DNA of 64,000 nt, taken from Paramecium tetraurelia (lineage: Eukaryota). Positions 41,865 to 54,547 of the stretch are shown in pieces (position 1 is the stretch's first letter; every line of letters begins with the position of its first letter). The notes under the pieces are model-generated. The model did not search any database, was not told where the DNA came from, and saw only the letters and a program-made list of their open reading frames with translations. The DNA lies in contig CT868385.1 of the NCBI GenBank assembly GCA_000165425.1, forward strand, positions 186,001-250,000. The letters run 5' to 3'. Both the position numbers and the translations under genes were made by a program.

Positions 41865-43036
41865 ATGTAAGGAAGACGTAGCCAATAGACAAAATCTACA
41901 ACCGAAGATAATTTAGATTGTAATGGAAAGCAAGTAATATCATTGGATAAAGTCATCAATACCAATGAAGATTAAAAATAATAGAAAACAAAGAAGTTAT
42001 AGAAGGTAGTTTCAACCAAAAAACAGAACTCAACCAACACTGAAGAATTATCTGGAGTAAGTGTAAAGGAATCCTAAAATGGAACATATAATTTAAGATA
42101 GTACACTCGAAGAAATTATTTGGATTTTGGGAGTGAAGCTGGAGGAGATGACAACAATGACATAGATTTTGGAGTGAAAAAGCAAATAAACAAAGAGAGA
42201 AAGAATAGTGATTTAGATATCAATGAAACCATTGAATATGACAAATTACCTAAAAATAAGTAAGGATTGATAAAACTGCTATCCAAAGTAGAGGCTAGCA
42301 TTGAATCTTAAAAATTGGAATGGTTTAAAGAGTATTAAATACATACTATAATAAAATAGATAAAATGAATTACCAACATTGATTAGTTCCGTACCTGAGA
42401 ACTCCATCCCCATAAATGCTGATGTCTTAGCATTTAATTTTAAATCATTGATAGCTTAATAACAAAAGATATCTGGTAAATTATTTGATGGTATTAATTA
42501 CTATTATACAATCAAGCCATTATGATGGATCCACCTTGGCAGTTATCCACATCTTAACCATCCAGAGGAGTGGCTATTGCATACCAATCTCTCAAAGATG
42601 ATTAATTATTGGAACTGCCAATCCCTTTATTATAGAAGGAAGGCTTCCTCTTTATATGGACAATTAATGCCAAATATCGTATTGCTGCCAAAATGATAAA
42701 ATAATGGGGTTATCAATTAGTAGATGAATTAATTTGGGTGAAGAAGACTGTCAATGGTAAAATTGCCAAAGGACATGGCTTTTATTTGTAACATGCTAAA
42801 GAGAATTGTCTAATTGGTTATAAAGTAATTTAATATTTAAATTCAAGGGGACCAAAAAATTAAATTACTATTTAAAAAGCGATGTTATCTGGAGTGAAAG
42901 AAGGGGGTAATCTTAAAAGCCTGAGGAGATCTATGAAATTATTAATGCCATGGTTCCTGGGGGCAATTGTTTAGAAATCTTTGGCAGAAGAAACAACCTT
43001 AGAAATAATTGGGTCACTATTGGAAATGAATTATGA
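41865..43036 (+). CDS. MTA1: MT-A70 family DNA N6-adenine methyltransferase, MTA1/AMT1 clade
   Basis: IMMDPPWQLSTSQPSRGVAIAY, WVKKTVNGKIAKGHGFYLQHAKENCLIG, SERRGQSQKPEEIY, LEIFGRRNNLRNNWVTIGNEL*; these match the ciliate MTA1/AMT1 catalytic subunit signature. Confidence 0.9.
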
Positions 43037-43066
43037 TTTGAAATATATTTTTGAGTAATATTCACC

Positions 43067-44626
43067 TCAATTAAATACAGAATCTTTATCTATTGATATT
43101 TTAATGGTAACTACTTAATTCTAACAATACTATTAAATTATATATAATTAATGTATAAATTACAACAATCCACCCATTTATTTTCATGACTTCATTCACT
43201 TTTTCTTTTAATTTTCATGTAATTGCTAAAGTTTTGCATTAATTTCCTAAGGAATTTCTTTCAAATCTAACAATTATTCAATATCTATTAAATTTAACTT
43301 ATCTATTGAATTTAGTAATTAATTCAAAATTGGCTCCTTATTTAATTTTGGGGAATATCTAAAAATTGTATATAATACTAAAACTAGGTCTTTTCCAACA
43401 ACTGAATCAATCTATTCTAATATATATTGATATTTATCTTCTATCTACAAACCAATCCTTGCAAATTTATTAAAAATTAAACATCTTTATGAAATTTTTA
43501 ATTGAGTCCAATCTAAAGGGATATCCTTACTTAATTAAGGTATATCTGAATGTGAAGCTAATTTAATTAAAGATTCCAATTAGAATGTTTTTATATCTTT
43601 CAATATCTGAATACAAATCTTATCCCAAAACTATTAACTACCTTTATTGTTGATAGAGAATGTTTAAAATAAAGTCACCAAAGATTTCTCATCCGATTTC
43701 AATAAAGAAATCGCTTATTTTTCTATTTGATTCCATGATAATTCATCCACTCTGAATAATTAAGATAGAATTTAAGATTGAATAGCAATTGATTAAAGTG
43801 TCTGCAATCTTTATGTTTGTAAAATAGTAAATGCATGATTCCAAAAATCTTATGTTCCTAAATTTAATTTCTACAAAGCCCATAAAACTAATAATAGATC
43901 ATTTTAAGAAAAGTTCCTCATTTCATTTTGTACTATTTGAATTAGATTCCAGTCATTCATTGTTATGGAAAGTCTTGACCTTTACTTTGCTAATGCATAT
44001 AAACCATAACATAATGAAAAATGGTCACTGTTCTTGAGAAGCTTTAAAAATGCCTTAGCCAAATCATCCCAATCAACATCATGGAACTTTGTTAGACTCT
44101 GTAACATTAGACTAAGACTATAAAAATCAAATTAATTCAATCTAGATGGGAGAATAGATATTATTTCTTGTTATAATTTTTTGCTCTATTCTTAATTTTC
44201 GGATAATTCAAATGATTTATTCTTCAGCGCCCACATAGTTTCACTTAAATAATAGGGTGCCAATTCATCAACTTTCATTGTCAAACATTTCATCCATAAA
44301 TCGTCTTCGAGATTTAATTTATAACACAATAAAATTAAATCTGCTTTTTGAATTGAATCCAAACTTTGACGCTTAAAATATTATGTAAACTCTTATTTGC
44401 CAAATACTTATTTGAATTTATGAGATTTTTTCATTATTTGAATTACTTCATTTGGAACGAAGTAATGTAAACTTTTGAGCAAATTTTCAATTTCATTTGA
44501 TGGAAGAGGATTGGAATAATATAAAAATACTTTTTTTGCTTGAATTCTACTGTTGATAGGATTTTGTAATAATCTACCTTCTCCAATTTATGCAAATAAT
44601 TTTGCAAATGTATAATAATTTTTCAT
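43067..44626 (-). CDS. Alpha-helical repeat protein (HPR/FASTK-like, possibly mitochondrial)
   Basis: Intronless ~520-aa frame with a presequence-like N-terminus and periodic helical repeats containing Trp (EDDLWMK, DVDWDDL, QQFWDK). The family call is tentative. Confidence 0.5.
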
Positions 44627-45624
44627 AAATATAAATATTCATTATTTTGAATTCGATATGGCTTATATTAATTCAATGTATAATTATTAAAATATAGTAA
44701 AATTATATCGTCAATATGTAATTGATAATTAAAATCACAATAAATAGGTGTATATTTAAAATTTCTTTCTTGTATCAGTCCAAATATTAATCTTATTCTG
44801 TATAAATACATAAATAAATTAATTTTAATTTCTAAAGCCTCTTAAATTAGACTTTAAAAAAATGTTCATTTTATATTTTGATAAAGCGCTTGTATCATAT
44901 AAACCAAATTACCGTCAGAAAAACTTTTTTATATATCAAAAAATTTCATCTTTTAACATAATTTTTCAAACAACCATTCCCTTTAATATAATTGTAGTAT
45001 TAATTCAAATCTATTTTTCAATTTATTAAATTAAGGGATATCATAATTTATTCTAATGTTTAGATGAGCTAAATGTTATGATTTAACTATTTATTTATTT
45101 AAAATATCAAAAGCATTATTTCAAATGCGTTCAATAGACAATTTTTACTTGATTTAGATTTTTAAGTCTTTGTCCTACAAATTAAGATTCAAAAACCTCG
45201 AGACGTTTTAATAAATCTTATTTGGTTAATACATCTATCAGAAATCAAGTGCCTGCTAAGTTTTAAAAATATCTCTATTTTGCTATCTCTTATAAATGAA
45301 TTTCCTATGAAGGATTCTTTTGCTATCATACATTATATGTTTTGTTTTCTGTCAAATTCTACTAAGTAATTTTGACTATTAATTTCTATACATTAAAATT
45401 AATTGTATGAATAGATATGATTAAATTTTCTGTATTTCAAAAACGATAACTTTAGCAGATCAATACAAAGACAATATTAAGATGATCATTGATTGAGAAT
45501 GTACAAATTGATGACAGTATTTTCGGTAAATATGAGTATGTGAAAATATCTGTATAAAATCAGTTTGAGATCTTAAATTATAAATTGTGTAAATTTATTA
45601 TAAATATCATTCAAAGATTCATAC

Positions 45625-46656
45625 TCAACCAAAACTCTGTTTCTTTGCTAAATGAATTTTAGTATATGAATCATTTCTTTTGTTAGATTTGTTACAGTGT
45701 TATGGACTCAGTATGCTTTTTGAATTTTCTTTTTATTTTTCTTTGTTAATGGTCTTCTAAGAACTAGTATAAGACTTGAATGGACAATTTTAAATTTCTT
45801 AATTAAGTTTATTTTGATTCTTGACTGTGTTTACATATCTAATCTAATTTAACCATCTAATTTATCTTTCGTAGAATTCTTATTTTTTAATTGGTACCTG
45901 ATGATCTGAAAAGTGCTTAATTGTCATTTTCTGCATTATCTTATCAACACTAAGAACTTATTTATTTGTGAAATAATTATTCGGACTTTAACGACTAGAG
46001 GATTTAAATCCGTTTTATTATTAGTTGATAACATTCAAATCTAATGGTATTAATATCTTGGATTTTTATCTTTCTTTTTCGACTTACAAGAGATTTGAAA
46101 AGTTTTAGAAATGTTCATTTAATGGTGATGCATAGATCAATTTTGATTTGTTCTCTTCTTCTCTTATTATACCATAATCATGTATGTGCTACATGCAAAA
46201 AATTTTTTAACAACTATTATTTATATATAAATTATATGTTTATGCTCATTAAGATAGTATTTTTTCAAGTTCTTCAAGATCATCAAATTCATGTTTGAGC
46301 GGAAGTTTGTCAAGCCAAGCATCTGATTATTTTTAATATTTTGTGTCTTATTTATTGATAGTATTGTTTAAATTTGTGAAATCCAAAATTGAATGGTTAT
46401 CATTTTCATCCAAAAGGATCATGGATTCTTCATAGAACTTACGTCTTTTAGGCTGGTCTAATTGATCTAAGAACAATTCTAATTCATCAATAAAATCTTG
46501 ATCATTAACTATAGTTTTTTTAGTTGGAGGTCCTGGGTTGTATTTACTCATCAAGTCTAATAGATTGATATAATTTATGCTTTCATTGATTCTACTTTAA
46601 TTAACCAAAGAATGAAGGAATTAATTATTTTAAGTTTCATCTTAATCTCCCATCAT
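45625..46656 (-). CDS. Hypothetical protein
   Basis: MMGDQDETQNNQFLHSL…DFIDELELFLDQLDQPKRRKF… low-complexity C-terminus ending KKQSFG*. Confidence 0.5.
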
Positions 46657-46680
46657 ATATAATATTAATTAATTAAAAAA

Positions 46681-48888
46681 TCATCCCTTTACTTTCTTAA
46701 TTTTTTTTCCCTCCAAATATAAATTTATTCCAACTGATGCAGGTTTTTCTAGAATAGATTTGGTTTTGTAGATTCTTTGGAATTTGCCAGTATCACATTT
46801 CTTATTATTTTCTTTGTCAATCACTACTTTAATTAAATCTTCTGAAACCTCTTTAACTAATTTTTAATTTTCAGTCACATGCTAATAATAATTGAAATAT
46901 ATACTGTTGAATATGAAAAATCTGGACTACTATTGATTTCGATTAACCAAACACGAAATTTATCTTCAATCATGAAATCGTTACCCCAAAATTACATACG
47001 AATTCTTTCTTTATTCTATTTAATCTTGTACACTTTATAAGGACCATATGATTGCTTATTCAAATTAAGGTCTTATGATTTCCATAAATTTACTTAATAG
47101 TAATCTCAAATTATAAAATATTTTACCATTAAATAATCACTAAATTAAACTTAATTCCACATATTCCCTTCAATATCAGACTTATAGAAGTATTTCTCCC
47201 TTTTTCTACATAAAATTTATTTGTCAAATGAGACATCTTGTTTTCCAAATCTTTAGGATCATATTCTTCTTCAGTAAAACGAAGATATGCTTCATCATTA
47301 ATCCAAACAGTCAAAGGATTCCAATCAGTAATTAACACCAATTATCTGATGTCCATTTTCTTACCAAATACAATTAATGGTTTTTCTATGTATTTTTGAA
47401 TAATCCACTATGCTCCTTTGGATGTTAAATGATCTTCAACTTAAACTAGATTTTTATAACATTAGGTTCCTCTTCCCCTTAGCAGGTTTAACCAAACATT
47501 TTCAACTCCATCTAAATAGTAATTTGGAAATCTATTTTTAAAATATTACCTTGTATAATATGTATAATTTACAATTATTTATTATGTAAATTCATCTACA
47601 TCTTCAATAGAATCATCCTATTCTTATTCTAATTTGCTCTTCTTCTTCTTTTTCAAAGTTTTAACATCTTCAAATTTAGCCAACCAAGCTTAATGTTTTT
47701 CTAAGCCATTGCTTATACATTAAATTGTCTTTAGAGAGTATATCCCATTCATTTTATGTGATGACTGCACTCTGTTTCTATATATAAACGAGTTCATTAA
47801 TATCTTGCAATATCTTCCTGCATACTGACCATTCTACAATAGCTTGAGGTTTGATCTTCTCAATCAAATAAGCATCCTTCTTTTCAATAAATGAAAATAC
47901 ATTTTTAAAATTGATTCAGCCTAAATATAAAATAGGATTACTTTTGATAACTTAAATTCTTCTCTTAAATTTTCGAAATCCTCCTTGTCCGATCAATCAA
48001 ATGCCCTTGGGTAGAATGTGTATCTATTATTGAACTAAATTAAATTGCTTAGAGATTTACATAATCCAACTTTAATGGTTAAACATATAAACTTAACTAA
48101 GTGATTCACAATCTAAAATTCTTATAAATTATTATAGTCTATTTCTGAATTTGAAATCAAAACATGGACTTACACTATTTGGATTCTTTACCCAACCTCT
48201 ATATAATAACGCTTTAGCTATATCTCCATAACCAAGCACAATAATAAACATTTTGACTGAATCATCTATCCGTTACTTTTTCTTCCACAATTTCAAGTCT
48301 GTCATGAATGGATATTTCTTCAATTTAGCTTTTTAAGTATCTTAATCATCTGGCCCAATATCTTATTCTAATAATCATCTTTAGTCACAAACTACGCTGC
48401 TTCAGACAATTAATTTAACACTATATATTTTACACTCTATTTAATAATCTCTTATCTTTAGATCATCTCCTCTTTCTTCTATTTTTATTAGAATTATCGT
48501 GTCTTTATCGATTCCAAATATCATGTAAATGCTTATTACTAATACTATTTTTATCTCCCTTAAATTCTCATCATTTATTCTTGCTATAACTCCTCCTTCT
48601 TCACAGATTTGATGGTTCGCAATGAAACCTATTATATAATTTCTTTCTAATCCTCTTTCATATAGCGAGATTTCAATTTTACTTCACTCAATTCAAGTTA
48701 ATAATAAAAAATATTAACTCCCATATTGCATTCTCACAATACCAAATCTTATTTTCTTTTAAGACATCACTTTTTCTTCCTATTTTCTCATTTTCTTCTC
48801 TCTCTATTATGCTATTATGTCCTTTCATTATAACATATATTACAAAGTTAGGACTATGAAAATCCTTTATAGTATTTTATTCATACAT
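46681..48888 (-). pseudogene. Tubulin glycylase (TTLL3-type) pseudogene
   Basis: ALLYRGW, IVNH, FYPRAFD, QKYIEKPL, DIRQLVLITDWNPL, SHLTN, WLIEINSSP. Lesions: in-frame TGA at 47993-47995 (PRAFD*SD), deletion of the xKPAG segment before RGRG, and a frameshift in the G-x-DFM motif. Confidence 0.82.
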
Positions 48889-49322
48889 TTAATAATTAAA
48901 GTTACATAATTGCTTTGTTTGGTTATTCACATATATTAAGTTTTCAAAGATAATTTTACACTATTTCATATTTACATTTAAGAAAGTATTTGTATTAAAC
49001 ACGTTGGAATATTAATTTGATAACCAATTAGATTATTTATGTTGGTTAAATATAATATAAGTTCTTATTCTTGAAATGAACCGTTGATTTTATATTCAAA
49101 AGTTTAGTTAATAAAACTAGTATAATATAAATTGATTATTGTTAATATTCAGATAAAATTTATTAGCATATATATAAATCTAAACACAAAAATGAAGAAA
49201 AAATATCTGATTGAAATTGTTTCCAATCCTATTTTTTATTTTAATTCTCATGAGATTGACTTGGGGACTTTCAGATTTGATAATTAGATATATGAAAATA
49301 TATTATGTTCTTATTATCATAA

Positions 49323-50000
49323 TCATGCTTGATTTTGATATTCTTTTTGAACAACAGTTTTGAATTCATCCCAACTTAATGATCCATCTTTATCTTTATC
49401 TGCATATTCAACCATTTCTCTTAACTCTTGATCTGTATATCTTTCTGAAACCAAATCATTTATTCTTTTGAAATCCTCGTAAGTAACTTTGCTTTATCCA
49501 GAGGAATCGAACTCTTAATATAACTTCTCTAGCACTTATTCATCCTCTATTGTGCTATATTATGATATTTATAAATTAATACCCTGAAAATCCAAATATA
49601 TTAAGAAATTCTTCAAAATCTATTAAGCTAGATCCATCTTAATCCAAATCTTGAATCATGTTCACTATTTCTTCTGCTGATTATTCCATTCCTAATGCAA
49701 TGATGGCATTTTTCATCTCATTTGGACTAAGTTAAGATACAAATTATACGAAATAGATCCGCTCTTGTCATCATCAAATATATCAAAGCATTCCTTTATT
49801 TTTAATACTTCATCCTTGCTAAGTCCTGGCTTAACATATTTGGATGCATCAAATCCAGCTGGTTGTTGTTAAACAGGCTATTAAACTGGAGCAGGGGCTT
49901 TGCCTTTAGTAGGTGCAGGTAGTGGAGCAGGAGGTTGATTTTTTTATGCTTATTGTGTTGGTTAAGCAGCTGATTATTATCTGGATTGAGTTCTACTCAT
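49323..50000 (-). CDS. Centrin, infraciliary-lattice (ICL)-type subfamily
   Basis: P/Q/A-rich N-terminal arm, FDASKYVKPGLSKDEVLKIKECFDIFDDDKSGSIS, DQDGSSLIDFEEF, DKDKDGSLSWDEF; 2 introns. Confidence 0.85.
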
Positions 50001-50487
50001 TTATTTTAAAAATAAAATTAAGGATACACAAACTTCTCACTATTATATAAATATTTTAAGAATCCTTGTATTTATATAATCATTTATTAATATTTCCTCT
50101 TCCCATCTCCATAGTTCAATTTTCATGTTTAATTTCCAATTTCCATTTCTATAGATTCTTCTCTTTATTAAAACCAATATTCATACAGAGTTTTGGAGGT
50201 GTCACAAATAATTATAACACAACAAACACATCTTATATATATATATATAAATGTAATTAAGATCCACTATGATATAGATTTATATTATTCAAATATCAAA
50301 ACTGTTGTGTTATAAGTTAGAAGAATGTTAAAAATTCTTGATCAATAATAAAATATCAATATTGGAAAACATAAAATTGATATTCTAATGGAGAATAGAA
50401 AGATGGAAATAAGATCGGATGAAATCAGTGTTTGTGAATTGAAAGGAATGTTGAATTATATTTGGGAAATATTAAATAATTTTGTAT

Positions 50488-51433
50488 ATGCAAAGATAAT
50501 TAAGAATTGCCACTCGATCTTCAGCCTTAGCTATGGCTTAAACAAATTATGTAATTTCAGAATTGAAACAAGAATGTGAAATAATTAAAGTATCGAATGA
50601 GGTGGGCGATGTGAATTTATAAGATCCATTATATTAAATGCCTACAGTAGGTGTATTTACAAAGTAGGTAGAATAGTATTTGTAAGTTATGTAATTTAAA
50701 TTATAGACTTGAGTAGAAGGCGGATGTTGCAGTACATTCCTTAAAAGATCTACCCACAATAATAGATGCTTAATTGCACTTAGCTGCATATACAAAATTT
50801 GAATAGAGAGGAGATGTTGTGTTACTGAATAAAAAATACAATTATAAGAGTTTGAGTGAGTTACCAGATGGATTAAAGGTTGGAACATCATCACTAAGAA
50901 GAATAGCAACAATTAGAAGTAGATATCCAAAATTAAATTTAATAAATATAAGAGGAAATCTAAATACACGCATATAAAAATTAGATGAAGGATAGTATGA
51001 TGCCATCATTCTAGCAAAAGCTGGTATTCTGAGATTAGGTTTAGCTGAAAAGATTTCTTTTGATTTAGATGAGAAAGAGTTCCTTTATGCACCAGCATAA
51101 GCTGCTTTAGGGATCTAATGCAGAAAGGATGATTTAGAAACAATAGGAAGATTATAGATTTTGAATGACACAGATGCTCAAAAGAGATGTGTGGCTGAAA
51201 GAATGTTTCTGAATTTATTAGAAGGTGGATGCAGATTACCTATTGCAGTATATAGTGAATGTAGAGAAGATGGATAAGTGTATATTAAGGGAAGAGTCTT
51301 GGCTGTTGATGGTAGTAAAGTAATTGAAGATGAGGCATTAGATCATTTTGAAATTGTTGGATAGATATTGTGTGAGAAAATAAAGGTTCTTGGGGGTGTT
51401 GAATTAATTGAAAGCTTAAAATAATAAAAATGA
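50488..51433 (+). CDS. hemC: Porphobilinogen deaminase (hydroxymethylbilane synthase)
   Basis: [66 protein letters not shown] (cofactor Cys). Confidence 0.93.
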
Positions 51434-51469
51434 GTGTTTTTGTATAAAATATTACATATCTAATATTGA

Positions 51470-52056
51470 TCATTTAAACTTATTGGAATATGGACTGATT
51501 TTATTCATTGTAAAGTAGTCATTTGCATAATTTGTTTCTTTGCACAGTTTCCTTGGATAAGTGAATTTTGAAGGAGAAAGGCTAGTAGAATTCTAAAAGG
51601 AAATAGTCTAATTATTACAACTGAATGCCATCCTAATTCTTAATTGGAAGTCTAAGGAAACTAATATTTCTAACGAGGAGTCCTATTCATGGTATTTAAT
51701 TTATCTATGATGTCCTCTAAACAATGAAAACTATTAAATTACTCTCTAAAGGCGGTGAATCATCTGTTATTTAATTAACATCGAATGCTGGCTTTTATAC
51801 TGCACCTGTTTTTTCAAGGTGCTTCTATAACATGATACTATTATTAGGTTTCTCTTGTATTATGTATACTAATGAATAACTGTTGCATATACATTTATGG
51901 GGATTGATTGTAAAATGTTCATATACTTTGAGATGCTAATTCTCCTTTCTTACAGCCTCCTGCCATATTTTCATTTCCTATTGTTTTATATATTATGGTT
52001 ACAGCAACTGGACTACGATCTCTCTTGTTATTTTTACCAGTCTCTTGCTTAGCCAT
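51470..52056 (-). CDS. FAM183/CFAP144 family ciliary protein
   Basis: IWQEAVRKENQHLKVYEHFTINP, TPRQKYQFPQTSNQELGW, ETNYANDY…SPY motifs. Confidence 0.7.
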
Positions 52057-52070
52057 TATATTTATTAATA

Positions 52071-54402
52071 ATGAAAAAAATTAATGTTTTTTGTAGTTCC
52101 TACTCATGGAGCAGTTCTCTATCCATATTAGAACTTGAAACTCAGATTTGCAGTACTTGTATGCCAAAGTAAAAATAACTATGCTGCTATTATACCAGTT
52201 GTCGATCAACAAATCAATGAGATTCAAAGAATTCAAAAGTTTTAGTCGGTTGGGTACTTTAGTGAGACTTACTAGTGAAGACTATAAGTATTAATTTGAT
52301 CGATTAGCATTAGTTTATATGCTTCAAATAAAATATACCAAGCTTTTTCATTTGCTAGAATGAAAATAGATTCTAGAATAAAATCTACTCCTTATTATAT
52401 GATTTCTGCAGAAGTCTTGAGAGCGATGAAATTGTTGATGAATAAACATTATGGAGTAGTTAAATAATTGACAATTTAAAGGAATCAGTCTAATAAAGAA
52501 TTTCCGAATTTTTTAGTAAAACCTAGGATAATTCCAAATGAATCCAAGTCCATATTTCCTTTAAATCATATAGGAAGAGAAAAACATCAATAAGTTGTTC
52601 TTTATGATAGCCTTTAATGCTGACTTACCTTAAGTTAGAAACTCAAATTATTGTAGATTGATACAAAGATCACTTTATTGATACAATATTTGAAAACTAA
52701 GGTTTAAGAGTTTACTTAAACTAAAGCCTTACATAATAAATGAATAAATAGGCAAGTAAACCTACTAATCAATCTACTAAAATTCCAATTCCCATATAAA
52801 AATAAAAGAGTAATGATATTGAGGAGTTACAAACCACAATTAAAGAAGCCAATCTACCAAATCATGTTAGAGAAATTGTGGAATAAGAAATGTAAAAAAT
52901 AGAAAAAGGTTCTCTGGGAGTAGATTCAAATGTTACTAGGAATTACGTTGATCTTATACTTCAATTAACATGGAATTAATAAATGGAAAAAACCTTGAAA
53001 GAAAGGAAATAGCTGATTCCAATGCTTAGGATAGATGATATGTTTATTTAGACCTCCTGGTTTTGGTAAAACTTCGCTTGGTCAAAGTATTGTAAATCTC
53101 TAAATCGTCCCATTTATAGAGTTGCCTTGGGCGGAGGATCCGATGAAGCACAAATCAGAGGACACAGACGTACTTATGTTGAAACATTCCAGAATCCTTT
53201 ATTTTAGGCTATCAAAACGTGAGGTACACGAATCCAGTAATTTTATTGGATGAGATTAATAATAGACTTGATCCTAGTTCTGCGTTATTGGAAGTCTTAG
53301 ATCCTGAGTAAAATAGTCATTTTATGGAAAATTATTTGAATACCGAATTTCATTTAAGCCTTGCATTATTATAGCAACTGCCAATTAATTAGAAACTATT
53401 CAACCAACATTAAGGGATCGTTCAGAATTAATAGAAATTGTCGGTTATACAGTAAAAGAGAAGGTAGCTATTGCTAATAACTATCTGATACCTAAATAAC
53501 TGTAAAAAAATGGACCTGTAAACGAATAAGTTACTATACCTTAGGAATTATTCCTTCAATCATAAAATAGCACAAGAGTGAGGCAGGTGTCAAATAATTG
53601 GAAAGAGTGATAGCCAAAATTTATAGAAATATTTCTCTCAAATTTATAACAGATTAATAAAATTTCAAAACAATCGTTATAGATTAAGAAGGTTTAATAG
53701 AAATCTTAGGTCCATCAATCCATTTAGATAAGCATACAACTCCTTTGACAACTATTCCTGGCGTATGTAAAGGATTGGCATGGACTCCTACAGGAGGGAA
53801 AGTGTTAATGATTGAATCAGTGAAAATGGAAGGCAAAGAAAAATTTGAGATTACTGGTATGTTAGGAGATGTAATGAAGGAGAGTGTAAGAACAGCAATT
53901 GGATGGATTAAAGCATATTGGCCATAAATTAAAATGATAAGCAAATCAACCACACATGTTAATTTAGATGCTCTTGATATTCATGTAAGTTATTTTGATA
54001 ATACAATTATAGATTCATTTTCCTGCTGGTGCAACACCAAAAGATGGACCATTAGTAGGAGTAGCCATCACTACTGTGATAGTATCAATCTTACAGGATT
54101 TAAGGTGAAAAGTGATATTGCAATGGCTGGTGAAATTACATTGACAGAGAGAGTGTTACCAGTTGGGGGTATAAAGGAGAAAATTCTTGGAGGTTTTGAG
54201 AGTGGAATATTTAGGTAGAGATTTAATCTATTATTCTAGTGTCATAATCCCACATAGGAATAAGGCAAATTTGAGTGATGTGGATGTTGAAATAAGAGAG
54301 AAGATGTCTATTTATTTGGTGAAGACTATAGAATAGGGTCTTCAAATAGCTTTGGAATGCAATGGCACCAATTTCAAAATGGTTAATTTGGCTAATTTGT
54401 GA
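52071..54402 (+). pseudogene. Lon protease (probably peroxisomal LonP2) pseudogene
   Basis: Walker A degraded to [57 protein letters not shown]. It has an in-frame TGA near 53220, several frameshifts and a deletion, and the catalytic PKDGPSAG is changed to PKDGPLVG. The C-terminus ANL* is PTS1-like. Confidence 0.85.
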
Positions 54403-54547
54403 TAAACTTTGATTTAATGTTTTTATTGATAATATTTATAATATAATAAATGTTTATAGTCATTTATATTTCGTCCATAAAGAAAAATACGTCATATGAG
54501 TTAATATAAAAGTGTGTCACCAAGAGGAACAAGCAATAAATAAAATA

